Source: Candidatus Anderseniibacteriota bacterium
GTDB lineage: Bacteria > Patescibacteriota > Andersenbacteria > UBA10190
Length of the DNA: 64,000 nucleotides
NCBI GenBank assembly: GCA_040876835.1
Contig: JBBDOX010000018.1
Coordinates: forward strand, 18,232-82,231
Reading direction: 5' to 3'
Each line of letters begins with the position of its first letter. Within the stretch, counting starts at the first letter, position 1. The notes beneath the pieces are model-generated. The model saw only the letters and a list, made by a program, of their open reading frames with translations. It ran no database searches and was not told where the DNA came from. A program made the position numbers and the translations under genes. Shown here in pieces: positions 47,524-56,721 of this stretch.

Positions 47524-47973
47524 TCAGGAGACCTGCTCCTGCAGGAAGCTGAGGTATCCCCCACGCCGCAGCCGCAGATCACGACGCTCTTCGGGCAGGT
47601 ACGTGACCTGCAAGTCCTCGACGGCTTCCACCACGACGACGTTGCCGCGGTTGAAGATCCTGCACTTGCAGCTCAGGAACCCGTACTTCATGGTCCTGAC
47701 CCGAGTGAAGATCCGCTCCACGGAGCTGTTTGAGAAGTGAACGGACGGAGACTCGGAGAGAATGATCCTCCCCTGCTCGACCGGGCGGACTTCTCCCTTG
47801 CCGGCAATGAGAGCCGGGCAGAAGGAGAGGGTGGCCGCACGCGAGGAATCGGCCTTGACGCCCACTCCCTCGAGCCGCAGGTTTTCGGCACCATAGCCTG
47901 GCGCGATGCCTGCCTCCTCCAGCGTCCGCAAGAACGAACTCTCCTGGTCGGCCAACAGTGAGTACCGCGACAT
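47524..47973 (-). CDS. Hypothetical protein (149 aa), high-GC orphan
   Basis: GGGAGGG Shine-Dalgarno 6 nt before the ATG of 'MSRYSLL'. The overlapping ORF 47579..48007 is R/G/P-rich, typical of an off-frame artefact. Confidence 0.4.
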   Translation of the reverse strand: MSRYSLLADQESSFLRTLEEAGIAPGYGAENLRLEGVGVKADSSRAATLSFCPALIAGKGEVRPVEQGRIILSESPSVHFSNSSVERIFTRVRTMKYGFLSCKCRIFNRGNVVVVEAVEDLQVTYLPEERRDLRLRRGGYLSFLQEQVS

Positions 47974-48081
47974 GGACTTCCCTCCCAAAGGGAACAAGTA
48001 AGGGCACAGGTCTCCTAGCCTGTTGCCACTACATTAAGCATGCTTCTTCTGTTGATAATAAGTCAACTCAGACTAACAAAA

Positions 48082-48101
48082 ACACCCCTTTTGAGGGGGT
48101 G
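48082..48101. terminator. Bidirectional hairpin terminator after the zinc-ribbon gene
   Basis: acacccctt-ttg-aggggtgt hairpin with an A-run on one side and a T-run on the other. Confidence 0.5.
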
Positions 48102-48121
48102 TTTTCTTTCCTTACGCGAGA

Positions 48122-48412
48122 TTACTCACCGCGCTTGAAGTGCTCCCGGCAATATACCGGACGGCCTTCTGTTGGGCGAAACGGTACTTGCGTAGCCGCG
48201 CCACAGGTGGCACAAACAGCATCAAACATTTGACGCTCTCGGCGACCGAAGTCACCGCCACCGCCACCGGACTGCTGTCCGCGCATCTCTTTGAAGCACG
48301 AGCTACAGTACACAGGACGATCGCCTGAAGGCTGAAACGGAACTTGCGTTTCGTTTCCGCACTTGGAGCAGACCGCATCGAACATCGGTCGGTCTGAACT
48401 TCCATCCATCAT
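48122..48412 (-). CDS. Tandem double CxxC zinc-ribbon protein (96 aa; zf-trcl-like), high GC
   Basis: Internal duplication: 'RPMFDAVCSKCGNETQVPFQPSGDRPVYCSSCFK' and 'RQMFDAVCATCGAATQVPFRPTEGRPVYCREHFK', joined by a Gly-rich linker. Confidence 0.5.
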   Translation of the reverse strand: MMDGSSDRPMFDAVCSKCGNETQVPFQPSGDRPVYCSSCFKEMRGQQSGGGGGDFGRRERQMFDAVCATCGAATQVPFRPTEGRPVYCREHFKRGE

Positions 48413-48723
48413 ACTCTTAATGGTTACGTGTTAAACCCGAGGTGACTAACTTCTTGACGGCTCGGACTTCAACACGGGTTGAAGATTTCTACGACGTCTT
48501 TTACGTGAGCTTTCCTCGTTGAAGGGATAATGCCTGAAGATAGGTTAAAAGTCAATGGGAAGTTGAAAAGGATGAGAGTGAGAAGTTTTTGCACACAAAC
48601 TACTTTATATTGTTTACAAAGACCTTTTCCCCATCGTGGTAGGAATGTTGGTGATAAGAGATATGCTACAATGCTCTGTGCGTTACCGCATCCTTCATCT
48701 GACACAAATGCCTTTGTCTCATT

Positions 48724-51700
48724 ATGGCTAACACCGTTTTTAAACCATCGGACATACCGAAGATTTTTCTATATGCACTGCTTGGGATCCTGGCCATTGG
48801 GGTGGCAGGCGGCATTGCCCTGATTTCCAGATCGGATTCTCCTGATAAAGCAGCATCCTCCCCCACTCAATCGGAGGTAGCGTTTAACGAACCGCAGAGT
48901 CTTCCAGATACTTTTTCCTCTCCAGAGCCCAATGTTTCCTCTGAGAGTTTCGTGGGCGAGGATGATGCTGTGGTTCTTGAAAACACCACCGAAGTAGGCT
49001 CGGAATCTGTAACATCCCGCGTGGCCGGTATTACCGAAACGCTTAAGGAAACCTTTCAGAAACTGTATGACAATCAAGCCGGGCGTGAGCGATCAGTTGC
49101 GGTAAACGACAAGCAGATTTCTTTTGATATATACAACAAAGCCAAAAACCTGTTCATCGACTTACGCGAGGACGGAACATATTTTAAAGTTCAGGATCAC
49201 GGCCACGACGTGTTTAGGGTGGATTATGATAAAAATGTTGTCGTGCATCAGGGGGCAGTATTTCATCTCCTGGGCAGATTCAAGGATGCCAACGGGTCAA
49301 TTGGTGAAGTTAATCAGGTGCTTACCGCCCAAGATGGCGGTTCTCCTCTGTGGCAATCACTCGCCGATACAAGTACGGGCGGCCTTAACTGCACCGACTG
49401 TTTGAACGAAACGCAGATTGAAGATATTTACCTGAAAAAAGGTGGCGATACATCAACGGGTGCGCTAGTTATTCAAAACAACTTAACAGTCACCGGCACA
49501 ACGACGTTGAATGGTGCGACCTACACGTGGCCCGGAGCCGATGGTTCCCCCGGGCAGCTGCTGTCAAGTAATGGTTCAGGGGTACTCAGTTGGACGGACA
49601 ATGCAGGCGGAGGAGAGATAGGAGCCTTCGGCGGCAATTCTGTCGAATATACTTACAGCACTACGACTACAGACGAGGATCCGGCTAGCGGCAACTTGCG
49701 TCTAAATGATACCGATCTCACCGCCGCAACCGAAATGTACCTTGATGAGGAGGAGAGCAACGCAGTCAATATTCTGTCGTGGCTTCAGACGCTGGACAAC
49801 AGCAGTAACGAAGATCTAAAAGGATACATTCGTCTCTTTAAAGAAAATGATCCTTCTGTTTTTTACCTGTATGAACTAACCACTGTTACTGAGCAGCCAG
49901 GCGGAGAGGATGAGACTGAGTATGTAAAATTAACTGTAAGTTACGTGGCTGGAGCCGGCACCCTCAGCAACAGTGATTCTATTGTTTTTTCTTTCTCCCC
50001 TGCCGGCGAGAGAGGGTCCAACGGAGCGGCTGCATACCTGTATGTCGCTTATGCTTCGGATACTAACGGCAGTGATTTCACGCTAACATTCGATGCCGAC
50101 CTTGATTACATCGCTATCTTGCCATCAGATACTCTCATTGAAGAGCCCGAGGCTTCCGATTTTACTGGGTTATGGAAACTCTACGGAGATACTAGCGGAT
50201 CAGTTTGGGGAAGTATTACCGGCACACTAGCCGATCAGACAGATCTTCAGGCAGCCCTCGATGTAAAGGCTGACGAAGCTGACCTGCTAGCTCACATAGC
50301 CAATACAGATAATCCACACAGCGTCACTGCCGCTCAGGCTGGCGCAGTGGCTTTAACGGGTGATGAAACTATTGCGGGTATTAAAACATTTTCCGCTATT
50401 CCAGTTGGTCCGGGATCAGATCCAACAACTGATAACCAGTTAGTTCGCAAGGCCTATGTTGATGGAATCGCTGCGGGATTGTCGGTCCGTCAATCTGTAC
50501 GTGTTGCTACTACCGCGAACATTACCCTTTCTGGTGAACAGACAATTGACGGAGTTTCAGCCGTGACTGACGATCGCGTATTAGTAAAAAATCAGGATAC
50601 AGCCTCGGCTAATGGTATCTACATTGTGGCCAGCGGATCATGGACCAGAGCAACGGATTACGACAGTGGCAGTGGAGAAGTTGTGCAAGGATCGTTCACC
50701 AGCGTTCTAGAGGGCACCACCCAGGCCAACACCCAATGGGCGCTGGCTACAGCAGGCTCTATTACTGTCGGATCAACATCTCTTACCTTTACGCAGCTGT
50801 CAGCACAGCAGGTGTATACCGCCAGCTTAGGAGTGAAAAAATCCGGACTGGATTTTCAGGCTGATTTGTCCGGGTCAGGAGCTATCACCCTCACCGGAAA
50901 TTCGCTGCAGGTAGCAGTCGACGACCAGACAATCGAGCGATCCGGCAACGCCCTGCAAGTGAAGGGCTTAAAGACTGCAACGATTACAGGTGACACAACG
51001 TTAACGACCGGCTACAACGTTGTTCTGGCTAATAACTCTTCCAACATCACAGTAACGCTACCCGCCGCTTCGAGTGTGAGCGGGCGCGTATATCAAGTTA
51101 AGAAAGTTTCTTCTAATGCCAACACAGTAACTATTGACGGCGCCGGATCAGATACAATTGATGGAGCGCTCTCACATGTATTGTACATTCAACACGACGA
51201 GATGACGCTTGTGTCAAATGGTTCTACTTGGAATGTCTTAGCTCAAGTCCTTACTGCTCACATGGCAAAAATGACACGAAATGCGGCTCAGACAATTCCA
51301 AGTAGTACCAGTGGTGTGACAAAGCTTGCGTTTGATAACGAAGAATATGACATAGGGGCTATTGCTGATGTAACTACCAACGATCGCATTACCATTAAAC
51401 GAGCTGGGAAGTATTTGGTTTCCGCATATTGGCGCCTGGGCAGTGTCCCTGATCAAAAATATGCCGGCGTTCAAATTCACAAAAACGGCTCCGCAATCAG
51501 ACGGCAACTGAATTATGCTTCCGGATCTACCGACACTGATGTCGAGGCAACTGAAGTGCTAAACCTGGCTGCCGGCGACTACATAGAAGCGTACGCTCGC
51601 CAGACTACTGGCACATCAAGGTCGACAACTACAACGGGGTCTTTCATACCTCGATTATCCGTCATTGAGTTCTCGGGCTCAGGTGGAGCCAATGGTAGCG

Positions 51701-53067
51701 GAGGAGGCAGCGGTAGTGATGGGAATACTCTGGATCAGTCGTACGATCAGGACAGTGCCGGAGGAGGCCGATCCATCACCGCTGACAGTGGTGCCGTCTC
51801 CATCACCGTCCCTGACACTTCTGACAATGCAGCGTTGGAGATCACCCAGAATGACACAACTAACAATCCTAACGGCCTGGTGATTGTAAACACGGGGACA
51901 GGATACTCTCTACTCGTAGACAGTGGGGATGCTGCCTTTGACGCTAATGTGATCGTAGGCGGCTCTACTAGCAGAACAGAGACGATAGCTGCTGCTAGCT
52001 TTTCTCTCGGCGGCAATGATCTGTTTGTAGCTGGAGATGCTGGAATTGAGGGATTGCTATACCTGGATGGAGGAATAAACATTAATGACGGGGCCTTTGC
52101 TATTAACTCTTCCGGTGCGATTACTGCTGCAACTGGAATCACTTCTTCCGGCACCATTACGCTGTCGGGTCTTGATTGTACGGGTAATGAGAACGGCGGA
52201 GCATTAACAGCTGATGCGTCCGGGGTCATCACGTGTACGGATGACGATAGCGGCGAAGGTGGCAGCAGCGGCCTGCCCCAGAACTACGTATCCGGTTACA
52301 AGCCGACCCTCGGAGCCGACACCGCACATGATATTTCTTTCACTGCCGGATCCGCTCGATCAAGTGATAACACGACCGACCTTGTTACCGGCAGCGCGCT
52401 CGTCAAACAAATTGACGCAACGTTTGCAGCTGGAACAAACGCAGGAGGCCTGTCTTCGAGCGTTTCCCTTTCGAATAACATGACGCTCCACGCTTTTGCA
52501 ATTTACAAAACCTCAGATGAGTCGATTGATATCTACTACGACAGCAGCGTTGCTGCGGCAAACATTCCTTCTGGGTATACAAAACCGCAACTCATCTTCT
52601 CCTTCAAGCTTGATGGTAGCCAGAATATCATTCCGTTCGAATCTCACGAGATGGGGAATATTCTTGTTGTCGAGCTAGAACCTCCCCTGGGCACACAGTA
52701 CACGCCGATAAACGATGGCAATATTACCCTTGACGGTGTGCCGACCGGGTTGAAACTGCGAGTCCGCTTTGCCTACTCAGTGCAAATCGGTGAACAGTTC
52801 GGCCGATTCGGTTTTCACAGCCCTGATGTTACCGTGGACTACAACGGGCCCGGGGATGATGAGGATGACTGGCTAACCTCGCCAATACTGGACGCAAACC
52901 TGCAGGACGACAATACCGACGGCCTGACCTTCGGTCAGCAGCTGCTCTGGACAAATACCAGTGCTCAAATAACCTTTAAGGCCTATCAACCAAATACCTC
53001 CCTTACTACCGGAACAGTTGAATCTCGGGAATACTGGATTCCTCGGGGGCAGATTGTGACCAACTAG
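48724..53067 (+). CDS. Giant membrane-anchored surface protein (1447 aa) with phage-tail-fibre-like and C1q/TNF-like modules
   Basis: N-terminal signal anchor. S/T/G/N/D-rich, nearly Cys-free beta-rich ectodomain. '..DNPHSVTAAQAGA..' phage-fibre motif. C1q-like jellyroll pattern at aa ~847-983. TGCTACAAT extended -10 element upstream. Confidence 0.7.
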   Translation: MANTVFKPSDIPKIFLYALLGILAIGVAGGIALISRSDSPDKAASSPTQSEVAFNEPQSLPDTFSSPEPNVSSESFVGEDDAVVLENTTEVGSESVTSRVAGITETLKETFQKLYDNQAGRERSVAVNDKQISFDIYNKAKNLFIDLREDGTYFKVQDHGHDVFRVDYDKNVVVHQGAVFHLLGRFKDANGSIGEVNQVLTAQDGGSPLWQSLADTSTGGLNCTDCLNETQIEDIYLKKGGDTSTGALVIQNNLTVTGTTTLNGATYTWPGADGSPGQLLSSNGSGVLSWTDNAGGGEIGAFGGNSVEYTYSTTTTDEDPASGNLRLNDTDLTAATEMYLDEEESNAVNILSWLQTLDNSSNEDLKGYIRLFKENDPSVFYLYELTTVTEQPGGEDETEYVKLTVSYVAGAGTLSNSDSIVFSFSPAGERGSNGAAAYLYVAYASDTNGSDFTLTFDADLDYIAILPSDTLIEEPEASDFTGLWKLYGDTSGSVWGSITGTLADQTDLQAALDVKADEADLLAHIANTDNPHSVTAAQAGAVALTGDETIAGIKTFSAIPVGPGSDPTTDNQLVRKAYVDGIAAGLSVRQSVRVATTANITLSGEQTIDGVSAVTDDRVLVKNQDTASANGIYIVASGSWTRATDYDSGSGEVVQGSFTSVLEGTTQANTQWALATAGSITVGSTSLTFTQLSAQQVYTASLGVKKSGLDFQADLSGSGAITLTGNSLQVAVDDQTIERSGNALQVKGLKTATITGDTTLTTGYNVVLANNSSNITVTLPAASSVSGRVYQVKKVSSNANTVTIDGAGSDTIDGALSHVLYIQHDEMTLVSNGSTWNVLAQVLTAHMAKMTRNAAQTIPSSTSGVTKLAFDNEEYDIGAIADVTTNDRITIKRAGKYLVSAYWRLGSVPDQKYAGVQIHKNGSAIRRQLNYASGSTDTDVEATEVLNLAAGDYIEAYARQTTGTSRSTTTTGSFIPRLSVIEFSGSGGANGSGGGSGSDGNTLDQSYDQDSAGGGRSITADSGAVSITVPDTSDNAALEITQNDTTNNPNGLVIVNTGTGYSLLVDSGDAAFDANVIVGGSTSRTETIAAASFSLGGNDLFVAGDAGIEGLLYLDGGININDGAFAINSSGAITAATGITSSGTITLSGLDCTGNENGGALTADASGVITCTDDDSGEGGSSGLPQNYVSGYKPTLGADTAHDISFTAGSARSSDNTTDLVTGSALVKQIDATFAAGTNAGGLSSSVSLSNNMTLHAFAIYKTSDESIDIYYDSSVAAANIPSGYTKPQLIFSFKLDGSQNIIPFESHEMGNILVVELEPPLGTQYTPINDGNITLDGVPTGLKLRVRFAYSVQIGEQFGRFGFHSPDVTVDYNGPGDDEDDWLTSPILDANLQDDNTDGLTFGQQLLWTNTSAQITFKAYQPNTSLTTGTVESREYWIPRGQIVTN

Positions 53068-53103
53068 TATTCAGTTTGAGATACGCGAGTTATCTGTTGG
53101 CTC

Positions 53104-54282
53104 CTAGAGCAGTCGATCGGCAACTAAATCAATATCAGTATCCGACGATCCTGCAATTAGTATCGCGTCGCGGGAATGCGCCATGCCCCCTATCCACTTG
53201 GCAGCGTCCGCACTTTCGGAGAAATGGTGGGTATCGACATTTGCGACATTTAGAGCCGCTTCCTGAGCGTGACGTGCATCATGTCCGATCGTTACCAGAA
53301 TATCCGCTGCTGTCGCTGCTCTATTTCCAAGCGCTTTATAAATCCCAATAGCCTCTGCGCCTAAATCTGGTATCTCACCAAGAACAACAATATGCCGCCC
53401 AGCTGAAAGGGCTGCAAACGTCCTTAAGGCGAGCTGAATGCTGTGCGGTGATGCATTGGCTGTTTCGATTAATACCTGTATTCCGCGCTCTGCCTTATGA
53501 AGAGTTAAGTTTCCCCTGGGAATATTCAGTCGTCTCATCTCGCGCAGGGCAACGGCTATATCACCCTTCTGAACCCAAACGACAGCCAGAGCGGCCAGAA
53601 TCGCGGACAGCTGATGACGACCAATAATACCCGGAAGGTGTTGTTCGAATATTTCTCCGGCAACCTGTATCTCAACGGCAAACCCCCGCTCAACTCTCGT
53701 AGCCCGCAGAAGGCGCACAGTTGCTTGCCGGTGTTCGCCGTAGGTAATAACATTGGCAGACACTCGCTCTTTCATCGGCTCTAAAAGCGGATCATCAATA
53801 TTTAGCACAACTGTGCCCTCAGGCGGCACACTGACAGCTAAAGACATTAGCTCATGGACAACGTTTTCCCGAGAAATAAACTGTTCAAGATTTACGGCAT
53901 CGGCATTGGCGATCACGGCGACGTGAGGAGGAATTCTATTCCCCACCATGTCTATGTCGCCCGGCTTTTTAACAGAAATATTTACTACAATTGTCGTTGG
54001 TTCTTCTTCTAGTACTTCCTTAAGACGACTACGCGACAACACCCGCATCCAGCTTAAAAATCCCTGCTCTGGCGTAATACCAAGAATTGCTTCCGGAATA
54101 TCCCTCACTTCCCGCACGTTACTGCTTACTTGAACAGATCGGGTATGCCCGATTGCCAATCCTACTGCATCTGCCACCAAGGGAAGATGATAGCAGCCCG
54201 TTATCCCAATGACATTGACATCATATGTATTCACGTACTCTATTGCTCGCGCCCACTCCAAATGCCGCAGAAATCGTTTCAT
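53104..54282 (-). CDS. Mur ligase family protein (MurF-like) with a degenerate P-loop
   Basis: 'LNIDDP', 'GRHQLSAILAALAV', 'ETANASPHS' and 'IVVLGEIPDLG' Mur ligase motifs. The P-loop position reads 'VIGITGCYHLPL' (no GKT). Lies at the end of the dcw cluster. Confidence 0.55.
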   Translation of the reverse strand: MKRFLRHLEWARAIEYVNTYDVNVIGITGCYHLPLVADAVGLAIGHTRSVQVSSNVREVRDIPEAILGITPEQGFLSWMRVLSRSRLKEVLEEEPTTIVVNISVKKPGDIDMVGNRIPPHVAVIANADAVNLEQFISRENVVHELMSLAVSVPPEGTVVLNIDDPLLEPMKERVSANVITYGEHRQATVRLLRATRVERGFAVEIQVAGEIFEQHLPGIIGRHQLSAILAALAVVWVQKGDIAVALREMRRLNIPRGNLTLHKAERGIQVLIETANASPHSIQLALRTFAALSAGRHIVVLGEIPDLGAEAIGIYKALGNRAATAADILVTIGHDARHAQEAALNVANVDTHHFSESADAAKWIGGMAHSRDAILIAGSSDTDIDLVADRLL

Positions 54283-54296
54283 GACTTTAGTATACC

Positions 54297-56219
54297 TTAC
54301 TGCCCACCACTCACTTTAAACGTTGGCTGACGCACGCTGTCGTCATACGAAGGCGGTATTTGGTAGTAGTTGAGGAGTTTTTCAGAAATGTTCCGGAACA
54401 TGGGGGCAGCCGTGCCGGAAGCAAACGAAAGTCCGGACGGGTTATCAAGTTTAATGAGGATGGAAAACTGCGGCTTGTCCACCGGTCCAAATCCGGCAAA
54501 GCTGATTATTTTCCGGTCAGGAGAATACTTGCCGCGTTCATCCGGCACCTGAGCGGTTCCGGTTTTACCTGCCAGATAATATCCTGGTACGCGCGCCAGA
54601 GTGGCCACGCCGTTTTCCAGGACGCTCACCATCATAGCTGAGACTTTTGAAGCGGCGTTTTCCGATACTACTTGTCGGACTACCTGGGGCTTGGTTTCCT
54701 CCACGGTTCCATCGCTGTGGCGGACACGCGCTACGATATGTGGCGCCAGCAGTTTTCCGTTATTAGCAATAGCGTTAATGGCGTTTAAAGCCTGCAGAGG
54801 CGTGAGGGCTACACCCTGTCCGAAGCTGGTGGTAGCAGTTTGCACAATGTCCCAACCCTGCGGATCCTCAAGGTTAGTCTGTGTTTCCCCTTCCAGCTCC
54901 ACTCCCGTCCGTTCCCCTAAACCAAAACGTCGCAGATAGTCATACATTTTTTCGGCACCCATGAGCTTTGACAGCCACACCATTCCCACGTTGTTTGATT
55001 GCTCCAGCACCTGCGTCATGGTTTGCACTCCATAATGCTTGCCATCAAAGGTGTTAATCGTATATTCGGCCACCTTGACCGGTCCACTATCCACAAACGT
55101 AGTGTCCGGCTGTATCACGTCATCATTAATTGCTCCCGCCATGATAACGGGTTTGAGAATCGATCCTGGTTCAAAGATATCATTTACAATTGGGTTGCTT
55201 TGGACACGGGCATCTTTAACGGCATAATAAGTATTAGGATCGAACGTCGGATACGTTGCCATCCCAAGAATGGCACCAGTCTGTGGGTTCATTACCAGCA
55301 CACTGCCGCGCTCAGCACCATATAGCTCCACACCTTCTTTAAGTTCTTTTTCGATGAACGACTGCACCACCCGGTCAATTGTTAGAACTACATCGGCACC
55401 ATCTTCGGCTGGACGAAACTCGTTCTTGGCTACACCAATAAATCCACCGCCGGCAGCCCGCTCTCCGGAAAGCCAGCCCAGATCTCCCTGAAGTGTCTCA
55501 TCAAAATATCCTTCGACACCGTATCGCCCGACTCTTTTTTCAGAATCATCCAGACCTACATAGCCAACCACATGGGCAGCTAGCTCACGCTCGGGGTAAA
55601 TGCGAACTTCCTGCTCTTCAATCACAATTCCTTGAAACTGTTTTTCTTCCAGAAATGCTTTCAATTCATCATCAAGCAGTTCGTGCGGCCGTAGAAAAGG
55701 CTCATACGGGTCATTTTTTTTATTAAAATTCACCAGAAGATCTGCTCGTATGCTATCAACCTGTTCCTGTTCGCTGGGTTCTACCTGAGAAGACTCTTCA
55801 GGCGATTCTTCTTCCGCCTCCTCCTTTCCGTTATTAACAATCCTCTCCTGGCCGGTACGATCAACTATTTGCTGCACACGCTCAACCTGTCGTTGACGAA
55901 AGGCGTATAGGGCTGGAGCAAGTTGGTTAGCGATGCCGGCGGAGTCTTCCATGTCCCGGGGAACCGCGAAGGCAACCCAGCCCGCACGGTTACTGGCTAC
56001 CGGAAAAATGTCACCGTCCCTTCCCTCGGTGAGATAAATAGTTCCTCGGTGAGGCTGGAGTTCCGAGGCGCGCTTGCGTTGCGCTTCAGCAACTGCCGAA
56101 AAGTGACCGTGTTGAAAGACCTGTAAATGCACCATTCGCGCTATCAGAATACCAAACAGCGTTAACCCTCCCAGTATTAAAAATGCGATGCGTTGTTGTG
56201 GGTTGTATGGTGCCCCCAT
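54297..56219 (-). CDS. ftsI: Penicillin-binding protein 3 / FtsI-type transpeptidase, with an acidic insertion
   Basis: N-terminal TM. SxxK 'SILKP', SxN, and 'KTGTAQ' (KTG) motifs. 'EEAEEESPEESSQVEPSEQEQ' insertion in the N-module. Confidence 0.85.
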   Translation of the reverse strand: MGAPYNPQQRIAFLILGGLTLFGILIARMVHLQVFQHGHFSAVAEAQRKRASELQPHRGTIYLTEGRDGDIFPVASNRAGWVAFAVPRDMEDSAGIANQLAPALYAFRQRQVERVQQIVDRTGQERIVNNGKEEAEEESPEESSQVEPSEQEQVDSIRADLLVNFNKKNDPYEPFLRPHELLDDELKAFLEEKQFQGIVIEEQEVRIYPERELAAHVVGYVGLDDSEKRVGRYGVEGYFDETLQGDLGWLSGERAAGGGFIGVAKNEFRPAEDGADVVLTIDRVVQSFIEKELKEGVELYGAERGSVLVMNPQTGAILGMATYPTFDPNTYYAVKDARVQSNPIVNDIFEPGSILKPVIMAGAINDDVIQPDTTFVDSGPVKVAEYTINTFDGKHYGVQTMTQVLEQSNNVGMVWLSKLMGAEKMYDYLRRFGLGERTGVELEGETQTNLEDPQGWDIVQTATTSFGQGVALTPLQALNAINAIANNGKLLAPHIVARVRHSDGTVEETKPQVVRQVVSENAASKVSAMMVSVLENGVATLARVPGYYLAGKTGTAQVPDERGKYSPDRKIISFAGFGPVDKPQFSILIKLDNPSGLSFASGTAAPMFRNISEKLLNYYQIPPSYDDSVRQPTFKVSGGQ

Positions 56220-56249
56220 GTGGTCTGAAATGTTGCAGCTTATCGTGGG

Positions 56250-56669
56250 TTAGTTAGCAAGGGCTACAGTGGTATCACCCTGTATTGGAGCCAGATAGGA
56301 TACTTTATCGCTTTCTACCAGATTTAAATGATTGACGCGGTCTTCTACGGCCTGCAAAGAGCGCAGTTGAGCCCCTTCAAGTTCTAACTGCTTCTGTTTT
56401 TCGCGCAGTTCGACAATTTGCGATTCCATTTGTCGCACATCCGTGCCCTGTGAGGCAGTGTCAACTACCTGCTGGAGATAAAAGAACCCTAACAGTCCCA
56501 CAACAAGTAACGCCAGCACACCAAGCGTGATGGTCACAGTTGCGTGGTCAACGCTGCCACGCTGCGACATAAATGAAAAGTGATTACTCACATTGCGAGC
56601 ACGAGTTCGTACCTGAAATCCGCTTGCTCTGTGACGAGGAACAATTCGTTGCTGAATATTTGGTCTCAT
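56250..56669 (-). CDS. ftsL: FtsL-like cell division protein
   Basis: Single TM followed by a coiled coil. Position between rsmH and ftsI. Confidence 0.5.
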   Translation of the reverse strand: MRPNIQQRIVPRHRASGFQVRTRARNVSNHFSFMSQRGSVDHATVTITLGVLALLVVGLLGFFYLQQVVDTASQGTDVRQMESQIVELREKQKQLELEGAQLRSLQAVEDRVNHLNLVESDKVSYLAPIQGDTTVALAN

Positions 56670-56721
56670 GGGGTTTATTTTTGTTTTATTATTTATGTTG
56701 GATATATTTTTGACTTGACTG

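Noticed and set aside
47579-48007. 142-aa R/G/P-rich ORF overlapping 47524..47973 in another frame
   Set aside because: The amino-acid bias is characteristic of a wrong frame in GC-rich DNA. The alternative frame has a Shine-Dalgarno and protein-like composition.
51747-52232. 161-aa minus-strand ORF inside the giant surface-protein gene
   Set aside because: Antisense to a long, coherent ORF. S/P/A-rich low-complexity translation.
48724-53067. Prophage interpretation of the tail-fibre-like giant gene
   Set aside because: No integrase, terminase, capsid or tail genes in the flanks. It is flanked by the dcw cluster and zinc-ribbon/ATPase genes. Interpreted as a cellular surface protein with phage-derived domains.
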